Source: an uncultured Legionella sp. (GTDB lineage Bacteria > Pseudomonadota > Gammaproteobacteria > UBA6186 > Azoamicaceae). Taken from it: 64,000 bases of DNA. Position 1 is the first letter of the stretch. Each line of letters begins with the position of its first letter. The notes beneath the pieces are model-generated. The model made no database searches. It was not told the origin of the DNA and saw only the letters and a list, made by a program, of their open reading frames with translations. Shown piece by piece: positions 25,781 to 36,091 of the stretch. The stretch covers positions 23,626 through 87,625 of the forward strand of contig CAZFXA010000002.1 of assembly GCA_964522825.1 (NCBI GenBank). Direction: 5' to 3'. Both the position numbers and the translations under genes were made by a program.

Positions 25781-26781
25781 ACAAAATCTTTGGTTTAACA
25801 GCCTGCCTATGTGTCTTAGTCGGTCTTTCCTTTAAGGCAAGCGCCACCTGCTCAGGCAAATTTCTAAATCCGATCACCGATGTGTGTTGGCAATGTCTAT
25901 TCCCCTTAGCCATTGCGGGTCAAACGGTGGCGAATCCCCATCACGATAGGACAACGCCCAAGGAAGATAGGAGCCCTGTGTGTTTTTGTGGACAACCGGA
26001 ACCACGTATGGGGATCCCCATTGGTTTTTGGGAGCCTTTTAGAGTGGCCGATGTCACCACCAATCCTTTTTGTATGGTGAACTTAGGCGGTATCAAATTA
26101 AGCAGTGGTTCTAAAACACCCCATGGCACCGTGCATTTAAAACAGGGTGGTAAATATGCCAAGAAAACGGCTTTTTATCATGTGCATTGGTATGTCTACC
26201 CCTTGCTTTATTGGATGAACTTTATTACGAATCTGGCCTGTATGACGCCAGAATCGTTTGATATTGCTTACCTAACAGAATTGGATCCACTCTGGAATGA
26301 TGACGAACTCTCGCTTTGGCTCAATCCCGAAGTTGTTTTGTTTGCCAACCCTTTGGCCCAATTAGCCTGTGCTGCGGATTGCATCAGTACAATCACAGGC
26401 ACCCCGCACAGCAGCCTTTTTTGGTGTGCAGGGTGCCAAGGAGGGGTTTACCCACTGACAGGCACACTACCTTTCCATCAGGGCGGTGTGGATGCCAGCA
26501 CATTGATACTCGAGAAGATGATTTTTAAATTACACCGAGAGCTACTGCTCTTTGGCTCCATGGGCAAAAAAGCAGCCTGTGGTCTTTATCCCATGCCTTG
26601 GTGGCGCAAAGATCAATACAAGCTCCAAATGACCTACCCAAAAGTCTCTAAAAAGCCTGGCATGGGTTGTAATCCCATTGGGCGCAGCACTTTCGTCTGG
26701 GGTAGTAACAAAGAATACCCCATTAAAGGCGAGGATTTTTCTTATCTCATTTTTCGAAGGAGAAATTGCTGTGTCTTATAA
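25777..26781 (+). CDS. traU: Type-F conjugative transfer protein TraU
   Basis: 334 aa. It has a signal peptide and the hallmark CSGKFLNPITDVCWQCLFPLAIAG. ATGA overlap with traW. Confidence 0.9.
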   Translation: MNKIFGLTACLCVLVGLSFKASATCSGKFLNPITDVCWQCLFPLAIAGQTVANPHHDRTTPKEDRSPVCFCGQPEPRMGIPIGFWEPFRVADVTTNPFCMVNLGGIKLSSGSKTPHGTVHLKQGGKYAKKTAFYHVHWYVYPLLYWMNFITNLACMTPESFDIAYLTELDPLWNDDELSLWLNPEVVLFANPLAQLACAADCISTITGTPHSSLFWCAGCQGGVYPLTGTLPFHQGGVDASTLILEKMIFKLHRELLLFGSMGKKAACGLYPMPWWRKDQYKLQMTYPKVSKKPGMGCNPIGRSTFVWGSNKEYPIKGEDFSYLIFRRRNCCVL

Positions 26782-27331
26782 AATTTTTACCTTGCTATTA
26801 ACGCTTTGCCTGGTTCATCCAGTCTTCGCCAAGGATTTAGCGTGTGATACCAAATGTTTGGATACAGAAGCTTCTAAGGATTTAGAGACCTTCAAGACCA
26901 TCCCTTCCTCTAAAAAACCTTATGAGTTAATGATCTTTGTATCCCTGAGCATGCCCGAGCAAAGTCTACGCTTATGGGCCGAACAGGCTGCACACTTGAA
27001 TATTCCATTACGGATCCGAGGTTTCTATAAAGACTCTTTAGAAAAGACCACCCAAAAATCCTTTGCCTTATTTGGCAAAGATAATCTTGCAGGACTCCTT
27101 ATCGATCCGGAATCTTTTGAAAACTACCATATCCAAGCGGTGCCTGCGGTGGTATTAGTCTTAGCGCCTCGGGAAATTCCTGAAAAAATGTCACCCTTGT
27201 TTGAAGTCGTTTATGGTGACACTTCCCTCGATGCAGCCCTCACACTCATCACACGCAAAGGTTGCCTCAAAGCTAAAGCCCTTGCCACAAGGCTATTAAA
27301 TCAATACCGCGCCAAGGTTCATCATGACTAA
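26771..27331 (+). CDS. trbC: Type-F pilus assembly protein TrbC
   Basis: GTG start at 26771 after a GAAGGAG SD. Signal peptide: VSYKIFTLLLTLCLVHPVFA. MIFVSLSMPEQSLRLWAEQAAHLNIPLRIRGF..IDPESFENYHIQAVPAVVL is typical of F-type TrbC. Confidence 0.75.
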   Translation: MSYKIFTLLLTLCLVHPVFAKDLACDTKCLDTEASKDLETFKTIPSSKKPYELMIFVSLSMPEQSLRLWAEQAAHLNIPLRIRGFYKDSLEKTTQKSFALFGKDNLAGLLIDPESFENYHIQAVPAVVLVLAPREIPEKMSPLFEVVYGDTSLDAALTLITRKGCLKAKALATRLLNQYRAKVHHD

Positions 27332-29342
27332 GCGATATCAGCGTTTAGTCATGATGCTAGGGGTTTTTTGTATCTATCCGGTATTAGCAGGCCCCAAGGA
27401 AGAAGGTGAAGCAACCGCCGGGATGCTGCATCAAAAAGGTTATAGGGATGAAAGTGCCAGCTTAAGACAGATCGAAGCGGACTTTAAAAAACAACCGGAG
27501 AATACGGCCTTTGAAGGGAAAAATAATGCACTCTCGAACACCTTTAAGCAGAAATATGATGGGAGTAAAAAAGGCGAAGATCCCTTCAAAGCGTATTTAT
27601 CCCAAAAAACGGTCGAGCGTGCCAGCGATCTAAAAGCCCATCAACCAAGCCTCCAAGAGGCTCAAAACTTTGTGGGTCAAAAACACCATTTTAAAATCGC
27701 AGATACCGATCCTGTTTTAGATAAAGACACCCTCATTAAAAAAGTGCTCATCGAACATCCCCTCGATTCAGAGGGAAAAATACTTAAAACGGATGCAAAA
27801 CCCCAAACGCCTGCTCAACCTAAGATCATCAAGTGTCGACAATCCGCACCCCAATCGGCCACAGCTTGTACCAAGCGCTTGGTGGTGCGAGCCATCCCAC
27901 AAGCGCCTCTTGTTAAAACGGTGACAGCCCATTTTACCGCACGATGTTTTAACCTCGTGACCTTTGGTATTAACTTAAAAACAGGCCATATTGGTGTCTC
28001 TCAGTGTGATAACCAGGGTCCCGTCGATCTTCGGGTGACTCCTGCCTTGGGTGATGATCCGAATTTAAGTAAAGCAACCATTCAGTTCATGGGCTCTCAA
28101 CACCATGGTGAAGGCGGTGTTGATTTTAGAGCGGGTGGCATGACACCCAGTGTGGCCAATGGATTTACGGCTTCTTTTACGGCCTTTCAACCTAAAACAG
28201 GCAAAAAATATCAAGAGAATAGAGACCGTGTTCGGGGTGGCACCTACACCTGGCAGTTCACGATTCCCCAAGATCCCATCCTTGAAGAACATTGGGAAGG
28301 TTGCGAAGCACAAGAAGCTCAAACGGCCACCAACGCTTGCGCGCTCTTGGAATCAGAACAAACCGACCTCAAGCAAAGCAGAACCATTGAAGGTTATCCA
28401 CATCCTGTAGAGCGTCCTCATTGGACCGAACATCGGCGCTATATTTGTGGGCCGGATGAAACCATTGATACCTGTGAGGTTTTACTGAAACAAGGTTGCA
28501 CCCAAATCCATTCTAAGTGCAGTCTTGAAAAAAACGGCATCTGCCTAGAGTACGAGAATACCTTCAACTGTACTCCACCCAACTATAGCAAGGAAACAGG
28601 TCTTGGCTTTGATCAAGGCAAACTTCATTTTTTAAGCACCTCAGAGGCCGAGTCCTCGGGTTTTGAGGCGGGTGATTTTGGACAATCGGCCGCTCATTTA
28701 AGCGCGCTTTTGGAAATGGCTAAAACGGGGGAAGACGGCTTAGGGGGTGTTCAGGGTAGCCGCGATAATCCTTCGGTATTTCAGGGGGTTTGTAAAGAAT
28801 GTCGGGTGAATTTTGGCTCCCTGATACGAGATTGCTGCAAACTCAAAGGACTGTTACAAGGCTTACTGGGTGGTTGTGACAAAGATGAAAAGCAATTAGC
28901 CATTGCAGCGCTGCGCACCAAACGCTGCGTAAAAGTCCCAGGCCGTTATTGTTCTAATGAAATCAAGGAGCTTGGTGTCAAGATTTGTCTTGAAAAAAGG
29001 GATGCTTACTGCTGTTATGGTTCCCAGCTAGCGCGCATTATGCAAGAAATTGCCCACCAACAACTCCATCTGCCCTGGGGCGATGCAGAACATCCCCAAT
29101 GCCAGAGTTTGACCGCCGAACAATTAAGTCGTTTAAATTTCGATACCTCTTATGCACGCTCTAAGCTCTCAGAAATTATCGCTGAGGTTCAAAGTACAGC
29201 GCCTAAAACTTTCGAGGCTGTACAAAAGGGAATGTCTCAATATGACATTGATCAAAAAGTCAAAGCCTTAGAACAAAACGCTAAAGCCATTGCCCTTAAA
29301 CACCAAGCGCCTGCTCTCAAGCCAAGCACGGAGGCGCCATGA
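27324..29342 (+). CDS. traN: Type-F mating-pair stabilization protein TraN
   Basis: 672 aa with a signal peptide. It is very Cys-rich, including the C-terminal cluster CKECRVNFGSLIRDCCKLKG..RCVKVPGRYCS..CCYGSQLARI. Confidence 0.85.
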   Translation: MTKRYQRLVMMLGVFCIYPVLAGPKEEGEATAGMLHQKGYRDESASLRQIEADFKKQPENTAFEGKNNALSNTFKQKYDGSKKGEDPFKAYLSQKTVERASDLKAHQPSLQEAQNFVGQKHHFKIADTDPVLDKDTLIKKVLIEHPLDSEGKILKTDAKPQTPAQPKIIKCRQSAPQSATACTKRLVVRAIPQAPLVKTVTAHFTARCFNLVTFGINLKTGHIGVSQCDNQGPVDLRVTPALGDDPNLSKATIQFMGSQHHGEGGVDFRAGGMTPSVANGFTASFTAFQPKTGKKYQENRDRVRGGTYTWQFTIPQDPILEEHWEGCEAQEAQTATNACALLESEQTDLKQSRTIEGYPHPVERPHWTEHRRYICGPDETIDTCEVLLKQGCTQIHSKCSLEKNGICLEYENTFNCTPPNYSKETGLGFDQGKLHFLSTSEAESSGFEAGDFGQSAAHLSALLEMAKTGEDGLGGVQGSRDNPSVFQGVCKECRVNFGSLIRDCCKLKGLLQGLLGGCDKDEKQLAIAALRTKRCVKVPGRYCSNEIKELGVKICLEKRDAYCCYGSQLARIMQEIAHQQLHLPWGDAEHPQCQSLTAEQLSRLNFDTSYARSKLSEIIAEVQSTAPKTFEAVQKGMSQYDIDQKVKALEQNAKAIALKHQAPALKPSTEAP

Positions 29343-30103
29343 ACAAACACCTTTTTTTAAAATGCATGGTTAGTGGTTGGCTACTGTTGATGTCTCAGAA
29401 CACGCTTGCACAAACTTTTTTTGAGCAACACCAAAAAGGCTGGTTTTGGTATGAACGCCTCAACCCGCACCAAAAAAGTCCCAAGCAATCGCTCAATCCT
29501 ACCCAGCGCATGCAAGTCTTGCAGCAAGCGGTCGAACAAAGCTTAAACCTGGCGATTTTAGAGCCCACAGAAGTCCATCTTAAAGCTTTTGCCGAGCACT
29601 ATTTTCAGGCCATCCATCAAGCACAAAGCTTTACCGATCGCTACCAGCTCATGCTCCTTCATAACCCCACCCTTGATTATGGCCTTCGTTTCCCCACAGC
29701 GCCCCAGGCTCAAGCCCTTTATGTCAAAGAACAACAAGCCAGCACTCGCCTTGCGTTGCAACGCTTTGCAAGTACCCAAGGCCTCTTCTTTTTCTTTAAA
29801 GGCGAATGTCCCTACTGCAAAATCTTTGCATCCGTCGTTCAAGCCTTTGCCAAAGATTATGGCATCACAGTAGTACCGATTTCTTTAGATGGTACAGGAC
29901 TACCCGGTTTTACAAACAGCCATAATAATCAAGGTATTGCTGCTTTATTAAAAGTACAACAAGTCCCTTTCTTAGCAGCCGTTGATCCCCGCACCCAAGT
30001 GATCACACCCCTTGCCCAGGGTGCCATTGCTTATTCTCAACTCGAAGATAATGTCAAACGCGTCCTTCATCAACAAGAGGAGAACTTGCATGCGTCTCGC
30101 TAG
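29339..30103 (+). CDS. traF: Type-F pilus assembly protein TraF (thioredoxin fold, with intact CPYC)
   Basis: 254 aa with a signal peptide. It contains GWFWYE and the thioredoxin-like FFFKGECPYCKIFASVVQAFAKDYGI. Confidence 0.85.
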   Translation: MNKHLFLKCMVSGWLLLMSQNTLAQTFFEQHQKGWFWYERLNPHQKSPKQSLNPTQRMQVLQQAVEQSLNLAILEPTEVHLKAFAEHYFQAIHQAQSFTDRYQLMLLHNPTLDYGLRFPTAPQAQALYVKEQQASTRLALQRFASTQGLFFFFKGECPYCKIFASVVQAFAKDYGITVVPISLDGTGLPGFTNSHNNQGIAALLKVQQVPFLAAVDPRTQVITPLAQGAIAYSQLEDNVKRVLHQQEENLHASR

Positions 30104-31466
30104 CATTCGTTTACCCATTTTGTTAATGATGTTCACAGGACTTTTTTCTGGTTCTTTACACGCAGGCTTAGAGTCGGATTTACAAACCTTTTTCAATGAC
30201 TTAAATAAAGGCTCGGTGAGTAATGTCACCAAAGGTGGGGCTTATAAAGGTCAGGAAGGCGGTTTTTATACGGGCGGAAGCCTCTTTATGCGTAGCCCCT
30301 CGCGCAATGTGCAAATCATGAACTTACAAATGCCCAAGATAGAAGCAGGTTGTGCAGGCATTGATTTGCACATGGGGGGGCTGGGCTACATTAACAGCGC
30401 CAAACTCATTGAAACCCTTAAAGTGATTGGAGGCAGCTCCCCAGGCTATGCTTTTTCACTGGCCTTAAAACAAATCTCACCCCAAATCATGAACCAGATT
30501 GAAGAATTGCAATCTTGGGTCAATGAGGCCAATTGGAACAATATCAATTCTTGTGAGGCCACTGCCAAATTGGTGAACAATACGGCCGCGGTCTTTCATG
30601 GCGAGAGTGTTCGAAGCTGCATAACGCAGGTTCTTAAAAACAAAAATGAAGACTATTTTAGTGCCCGCAAGCAGTGTCAGACCCAAGCCGCCGTTAATGC
30701 CAAAAATAAAGAAGCTGCCGCCCAAGGTGAGCCTGTGATGGATGATATCAATATTGTCTGGGACACCATTCAAAAAAATACTACCCTCAAAGATCTTGAT
30801 CCAGAACTGCAATGGCTGTTCATGTCCTTAACAGGCACCATTGTGGTGCGCACAATCGGTGATGCCCCTCCCACCTATACCATTTATGCATCTAAATTAG
30901 AAGGTAATGCCCTCATTGAAAGCCTCCTCATGGGTAAGAATGTCGAGGTCTATGGTTGCAGCGATGAAAAGTGTCTAAGTCCCTCCACCCAAACCATTAC
31001 CTTAACGGAGACTCAAGGCTTTGTGGCCAAAGTCACCACTCTGATTTCGAATATGGAAATCAAAGTCCTTCAAGATAAGGAAGCACTGAGTACCCAAGAA
31101 AAAGGTTTTTTAGAAGCAACCTCTTTGCCCCTTTATAAAATGCTGAATGTTTACGGGGCTTTTACCCAAGGCACGGCTTTATTGTTCCCTACGCAGTATG
31201 CCGAAATCATTGCCTTGGATATGGTCTATCGCTATATCGAAGCGGGTATCGAAGCGTTAGTGCAGACCGCACAAAATCCTAATTTCCCCAAAAAGGACAC
31301 CAAGCAATTTTTAAGCATGTTACACAGAGCCCAAGAAAGAGCGATGGCGGTTCGCGCTTTGCAAATGCAACGCACAGGCACGCTGGATGACATGATCGCA
31401 AAGGTTCAAATGATGGAAAAACAAATTACGGCGCGGGTGAGCGCTCAGATTTTCTCACATTTATAA
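30090..31466 (+). CDS. traH: Type-F conjugative transfer protein TraH
   Basis: From ATG 30090, after an AAGAGGAG SD. Signal peptide: MRLASIRLPILLMMFTGLFSGSLHA, then GLESDLQTFFNDL..GGAYKGQEGGFYTGGS, which is typical of TraH. Confidence 0.9.
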   Translation: MRLASIRLPILLMMFTGLFSGSLHAGLESDLQTFFNDLNKGSVSNVTKGGAYKGQEGGFYTGGSLFMRSPSRNVQIMNLQMPKIEAGCAGIDLHMGGLGYINSAKLIETLKVIGGSSPGYAFSLALKQISPQIMNQIEELQSWVNEANWNNINSCEATAKLVNNTAAVFHGESVRSCITQVLKNKNEDYFSARKQCQTQAAVNAKNKEAAAQGEPVMDDINIVWDTIQKNTTLKDLDPELQWLFMSLTGTIVVRTIGDAPPTYTIYASKLEGNALIESLLMGKNVEVYGCSDEKCLSPSTQTITLTETQGFVAKVTTLISNMEIKVLQDKEALSTQEKGFLEATSLPLYKMLNVYGAFTQGTALLFPTQYAEIIALDMVYRYIEAGIEALVQTAQNPNFPKKDTKQFLSMLHRAQERAMAVRALQMQRTGTLDDMIAKVQMMEKQITARVSAQIFSHL

Positions 31467-31478
31467 GGAGTCTTTTTT

Positions 31479-34211
31479 ATGGCCATGGATGTGATAACAC
31501 ATGGGGGTGGTGAAGGTTTAAGCCATACCTTTAATGCCATTGCAGCCTTGTTTAATGGCAAAGGCTCGGTGGGTTGCACCCTGATTTACATCAGTGGCTC
31601 TTTTGCCATGGCTATGGCGGTGATGACGCTGGTCATTAAACAAGAGTTTCTGCCCTCGGTGCGATGGTTTGTGGCTTCGCTTCTTTTAATGAATGCGCTG
31701 ATGCTGCCCAAAATCGATATCATCATTCGAGATCGGATGACAAATTTGGTTAGACCCGTGGCCAATGTGCCCTTTGTACTTGGAGCCTTTGCAGGGATTG
31801 CTTCTCAAATGGGCGATATCTTAGCACAGCACTTGGACAACATCTTTGCGCCTGCAGGCGATGTGATGAAATACCGATCGCATGGGGTGGCCATGGCTTC
31901 CGGTTTGCTAAGCAAGACCGCCGATTTTAGCATCAGCGATCCAGATGCTGCTGCTAATCTTAAAGCCTTTGTGCAAAACTGTATGGTCTTTGATATTGCC
32001 AAAGGTAAATACACCCTCAAAGCCTTATTAGAAACCCCCGATGTCTGGGCTTTTCTGAAAAAAAATGCCTCTCCCATTCGAGGATTCCCCTATCGGGTAG
32101 GACCTAATCAAAACCAGATTATGACTTGTGCTAAGTCCATGGAAAACGATGATAAACAGTTGGAAAAGCTCGAGAAAGATGCTAAGCATTTCTACGGTCC
32201 AGCCTTATACCCAGGCCAATCTAAAGAAGAGGCGATGAGCAGCCTAATGTCCAATGTAGGCTTGTCCTATCACTATCTCACAGGGCTCTCAACCGAAGCC
32301 TCTCTGATCCTAAGACAAAATATGATGCGTAATATTATCAAAGATGCGCTCTTAGAAAATAATCAAATTCATAATGCGAGTGCGGCCGTGACAGCCTATG
32401 CCACCACCCGTGCCCAAGCCCAACAGCGCACCGCCTATCAGCTCCAAGGCAATATGGCTTCCTTAGCCCTTTCAACCCTCAAGGTGGTGGTGGAAGTTTT
32501 ATTTTATGGGCTCTTTCCCATCATGGTGGCGGTGAGTTTATTTCCCGGTGGGCTTGCCATTATTAAAAAATACATCATCGCGCTTTTTTGGATCCAATCC
32601 TGGGCTCCGCTTTATTCTATTCTGAACATGGTCGTCAATCTTTATGGCAAATCCAAAAGTATGGCGGCAATGCATGGAGGCACTTTAGGAATTTCGAGTA
32701 TCAGACCCTTAAGCGAAGCCAATGAATGGGTCTCGGCGGTGGCAGGCTATACCATGATGTCGGTGCCTTTTTTATCCTACGGTATGATCCATTATGGGGC
32801 AGGCGCGCTTTCCCAACTCTCCACCCACTTTGGTAGCATCGGCCAATCAGCTGCTTCGCATGCAGCAGAAGAAGCGACCACCGGCAATTACAGTTTAGCC
32901 AATACGCACTTTGATAATCATAATCTCAGCAATACAACGGCTTTTAAATATGACACCAACTCGGTGGTTGCAGCAGGCAAACACAGCGCTCAAAACCTCG
33001 ATGGTTCCCTAGTCCAAAGCATGCCGAACAATAAGCCACTTTTAGACATGACAGGCGCAGTACCGAAGCTTAACAGCAACCTCAAACTCTCCAATCATGT
33101 TTCCAATGCTTTGAACCAGAACGCGAATGAAAGCTGGCAGATGGGTACCCAAGAACTAGAGGGGGCCTCTACAAACTTAAACGCTGTCTTTAATCGGGTT
33201 GATGAATGGAAGGAGAGTCGTTCCAAGGATACCAGCGATAGTACTGCTTATAACCAGCACGCTCAATCCTTTCAAGAGACTGCCTTTTCGCGTTATTACG
33301 ATTTGGTCAAGGATTTCTCAAAAAATCACTATATTGATGACAGTATAGGGTTGGAGCTTTTTGCACAAGTTGGCATGGGAGTTCCCTTGACCAAAAACGA
33401 AGTTGGATTGAGGGGTTCCGCTAAAACCACCCAAGGCCAGCACCTCAAAGAAGCACAGCAGTATTCCGATAAACATGGCATGAGCCAACTCTTGCGTCAG
33501 TCCTTGTCTGAGGGCAAGGAAGGCCGCTTGAATTTCTTAGACGCTGAACATCAGGGCCAAACCGAATCGATGAGCGCTTTATTGGGACAGACTGACGCTC
33601 AATTAACCTCTGCACAAACCCACTTTGCCTATGCCAAAGGCTATCAGACACAGGCAAGCCTTGTGGAACAAAATGCCTTGCAAATGGATCAAGATTTAAG
33701 TCCGCAGTATTGGTCGCATTTGGTGTCCTCGGAAGGTCTTGAGGCGGCTTCTAAGATTGTGAACGATCCACACAGCAATCTTTTGCACATGCAAGGTTTT
33801 GCACAGGCAGAAGTTGATCATCTCAAACAAGGCTTTAGAAGCCAAGCCACCACCCCTGAAGAAGTTGAAGCCTTGTTTTTAAAGCAACAAGGCACATTGC
33901 GTGAGAGCCACCCTGTAGAAGGGATCCACGCCCAGCATCAAGCTCGCATTCAAGAACGAGTACAGGAGGCAGGTCTAGATGAACCCATAAGCCTTGAACG
34001 CAAACAAAACTTCGATATCGAATCGAAGAGGACCCAAGAGCAACTGGAAATCCGAGCCAACCTTTTGGATGTAGAAAAGCGAGCACTGGCCAGCAGTGTG
34101 GCCTGGCGATCCCTGGGTAGCATGGTACCCAAGGAATTAACCTTTCCATCGCCTTCAGCATCGGAGTTATCACCCAAAAATGGTGTTGAATCTTCCAAGG
34201 AGGATCCATGA
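31479..34211 (+). CDS. traG: Type-F mating-pair stabilization / assembly protein TraG
   Basis: 910 aa. It has a polytopic N-terminal TraG_N-like membrane region and a large hydrophilic C-terminal part. Confidence 0.88.
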   Translation: MAMDVITHGGGEGLSHTFNAIAALFNGKGSVGCTLIYISGSFAMAMAVMTLVIKQEFLPSVRWFVASLLLMNALMLPKIDIIIRDRMTNLVRPVANVPFVLGAFAGIASQMGDILAQHLDNIFAPAGDVMKYRSHGVAMASGLLSKTADFSISDPDAAANLKAFVQNCMVFDIAKGKYTLKALLETPDVWAFLKKNASPIRGFPYRVGPNQNQIMTCAKSMENDDKQLEKLEKDAKHFYGPALYPGQSKEEAMSSLMSNVGLSYHYLTGLSTEASLILRQNMMRNIIKDALLENNQIHNASAAVTAYATTRAQAQQRTAYQLQGNMASLALSTLKVVVEVLFYGLFPIMVAVSLFPGGLAIIKKYIIALFWIQSWAPLYSILNMVVNLYGKSKSMAAMHGGTLGISSIRPLSEANEWVSAVAGYTMMSVPFLSYGMIHYGAGALSQLSTHFGSIGQSAASHAAEEATTGNYSLANTHFDNHNLSNTTAFKYDTNSVVAAGKHSAQNLDGSLVQSMPNNKPLLDMTGAVPKLNSNLKLSNHVSNALNQNANESWQMGTQELEGASTNLNAVFNRVDEWKESRSKDTSDSTAYNQHAQSFQETAFSRYYDLVKDFSKNHYIDDSIGLELFAQVGMGVPLTKNEVGLRGSAKTTQGQHLKEAQQYSDKHGMSQLLRQSLSEGKEGRLNFLDAEHQGQTESMSALLGQTDAQLTSAQTHFAYAKGYQTQASLVEQNALQMDQDLSPQYWSHLVSSEGLEAASKIVNDPHSNLLHMQGFAQAEVDHLKQGFRSQATTPEEVEALFLKQQGTLRESHPVEGIHAQHQARIQERVQEAGLDEPISLERKQNFDIESKRTQEQLEIRANLLDVEKRALASSVAWRSLGSMVPKELTFPSPSASELSPKNGVESSKEDP

Positions 34212-36091
34212 ACCCTACACACTCTACCTTTCGTGATCTAACCCGTGGGGGACAAATAACCTTGCATGCCTTGCGCATGTTGGGTCAGGTGATACGCGAC
34301 ACCTTAGTCTTTGCCCTTTGCTTGTTCGTCTTAAGCTTTATGATCCTTGGCTGCCTCAAAGTCAAGAATGTCGATCTCTATATGATCTCTCAATCTATCG
34401 AAGCAAGCCTCAAAATCCAGATCATGGGTGAAGGGGTTAAACACACCTTCACAGCACCCAATGGTCGTAGGGTTACTTTGAAGGCCATCGATTTTATGAA
34501 AAGCCCCGATCGGCAGTTTTATACCCAACGTGGCATAGATTGTGCCATTCGGTCCCTCTGGCAGGTTTTCTTCCTCGCAGGTGGCGTATTTGCCGGTGGC
34601 CTCATTTACTTAAAGCGCAAAGGCAATGATAGCGCACAGAGCACTGATCTCTTGGGTCAGGTGCGCTTAAGTCCCAAGGCCCTTAAAAAATACTTAAAGG
34701 ATCTGGATAGAGCCTCTCCCTTTGAAATCGCGGGCGTACCGCTGGTCTCAGGTTCCGAGTTTCAGCATCTGTTACTGGCGGGCACCACGGGCACAGGTAA
34801 ATCGCTATGCATGCAAGAACTCATGGATCAAGTGCGCGCCAAAGGGGAACGTGCCATTGTCTACGACATTGATGGGGCTTTTATACCGCATTATTATCGA
34901 CCGGATAAGGATAGCTTGCTCAACCCCTTGGATGCGCGTTCGGTCAGCTGGAACATCTGGCAGGAGTGTTCGGATAAGGCTGACTTTGAAAGTGCTGCCC
35001 ACGCCCTGATTCCTACTTCTTTGCAACACGATCCTTTTTGGATTGATGCCGCACGCGCCGTTTTTGCGGATGCGGCCATGACTTTGAAGACCAAAAACCA
35101 ATGTCGCAATCAATCCTTACTCGGCCCTTTGTTTGCCAAAGATTTAAAAAGCCTTGGTGCTTTGTTGGTGGGCACGCCCGCTGAAGCTTTAATGTCAGAG
35201 CAAAACGAAAAAACCGCTTTGTCGATTAAAGCGACCCTAGCCACCACCTGTAAATCCTTAAGCTATCTTACCGATGAAGATTCTTTGTTTTCGATTCGAC
35301 GCTGGATAGAACAAGATCGAAAAGATGCTTGGCTTTTTATCGCCTCCAATAGTCAAAAAATCGATGCGCTCAAACCTTTGATTTCGCTGTGGTTAGAGGT
35401 AGCTTCTAAAGCGCTGCTTAGTTTAGATCCCACACAGCCCCGACGCCTGTGGCTGTTCCTGGATGAACTCGCCAGTCTGCATCGGGTTCCAAGCCTGAAC
35501 CAAGCTTTATCCAGAGGTCGTAAATATGGGGCTGCGATGGTGGCTTCCCTACAAGATATCCACCAACTCTACACCCTCTACGGTAAAAATGAAGCGGAGG
35601 TTTTAAGCAGCCTTTTTAACACCAAAGTTTTTTTTCGTTCCCAAGAACCGGCTTCCGCCGCTTGGATGTCTAGGGTGATGGGCACCATCGAGCGCTTAGA
35701 GCAAAAAGAAGGTTTCTCTTATGGGGCACATGCCATGCGTGATGGGGTGTCCATGCATCAAGAGCGTCTCAAAGAACCCCTGATAAAAGAGACGGAATTT
35801 CTAATGCTGCCCGATTGTGAGGCTTTCCTTAAATTAGCGGGCAATTATCCCCTCACAAAATTAACGTTTAAAATTAAAAAACGACCCCGCTTAGAACTCA
35901 CCTTTGTACCCCTCGTCCAGCATCCAACAACAGACCCCCTTTCATCGCACAAGGAAGCGCTACCACAAGACCAGAGTTCTAAGGCTGAAACCAAGCATGC
36001 CTCTAATACATCAACCCCAGCATTAAAATGGCGATTAAAGGCAGAGTATCCCCTTAAAAGCCAAGTTGTGTCCCGAGAACGCGTATGCTGA
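34208..36091 (+). CDS. traD: Type IV coupling protein TraD
   Basis: 627 aa with two N-terminal TMs. Walker A is LLLAGTTGTGKS and Walker B is RLWLFLDELASL. ATGA overlap with traG. Confidence 0.9.
   Translation: MNPTHSTFRDLTRGGQITLHALRMLGQVIRDTLVFALCLFVLSFMILGCLKVKNVDLYMISQSIEASLKIQIMGEGVKHTFTAPNGRRVTLKAIDFMKSPDRQFYTQRGIDCAIRSLWQVFFLAGGVFAGGLIYLKRKGNDSAQSTDLLGQVRLSPKALKKYLKDLDRASPFEIAGVPLVSGSEFQHLLLAGTTGTGKSLCMQELMDQVRAKGERAIVYDIDGAFIPHYYRPDKDSLLNPLDARSVSWNIWQECSDKADFESAAHALIPTSLQHDPFWIDAARAVFADAAMTLKTKNQCRNQSLLGPLFAKDLKSLGALLVGTPAEALMSEQNEKTALSIKATLATTCKSLSYLTDEDSLFSIRRWIEQDRKDAWLFIASNSQKIDALKPLISLWLEVASKALLSLDPTQPRRLWLFLDELASLHRVPSLNQALSRGRKYGAAMVASLQDIHQLYTLYGKNEAEVLSSLFNTKVFFRSQEPASAAWMSRVMGTIERLEQKEGFSYGAHAMRDGVSMHQERLKEPLIKETEFLMLPDCEAFLKLAGNYPLTKLTFKIKKRPRLELTFVPLVQHPTTDPLSSHKEALPQDQSSKAETKHASNTSTPALKWRLKAEYPLKSQVVSRERVC

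Noticed and set aside
26770-26781. TraU ends in CCVL, formally a CaaX-like tetrapeptide
   Set aside because: TraU has a signal peptide and is a periplasmic pilus-assembly protein, so it would not be exposed to host prenyltransferases. The match is coincidental, unlike the Ank protein, which also has a polybasic patch and an effector-like context.
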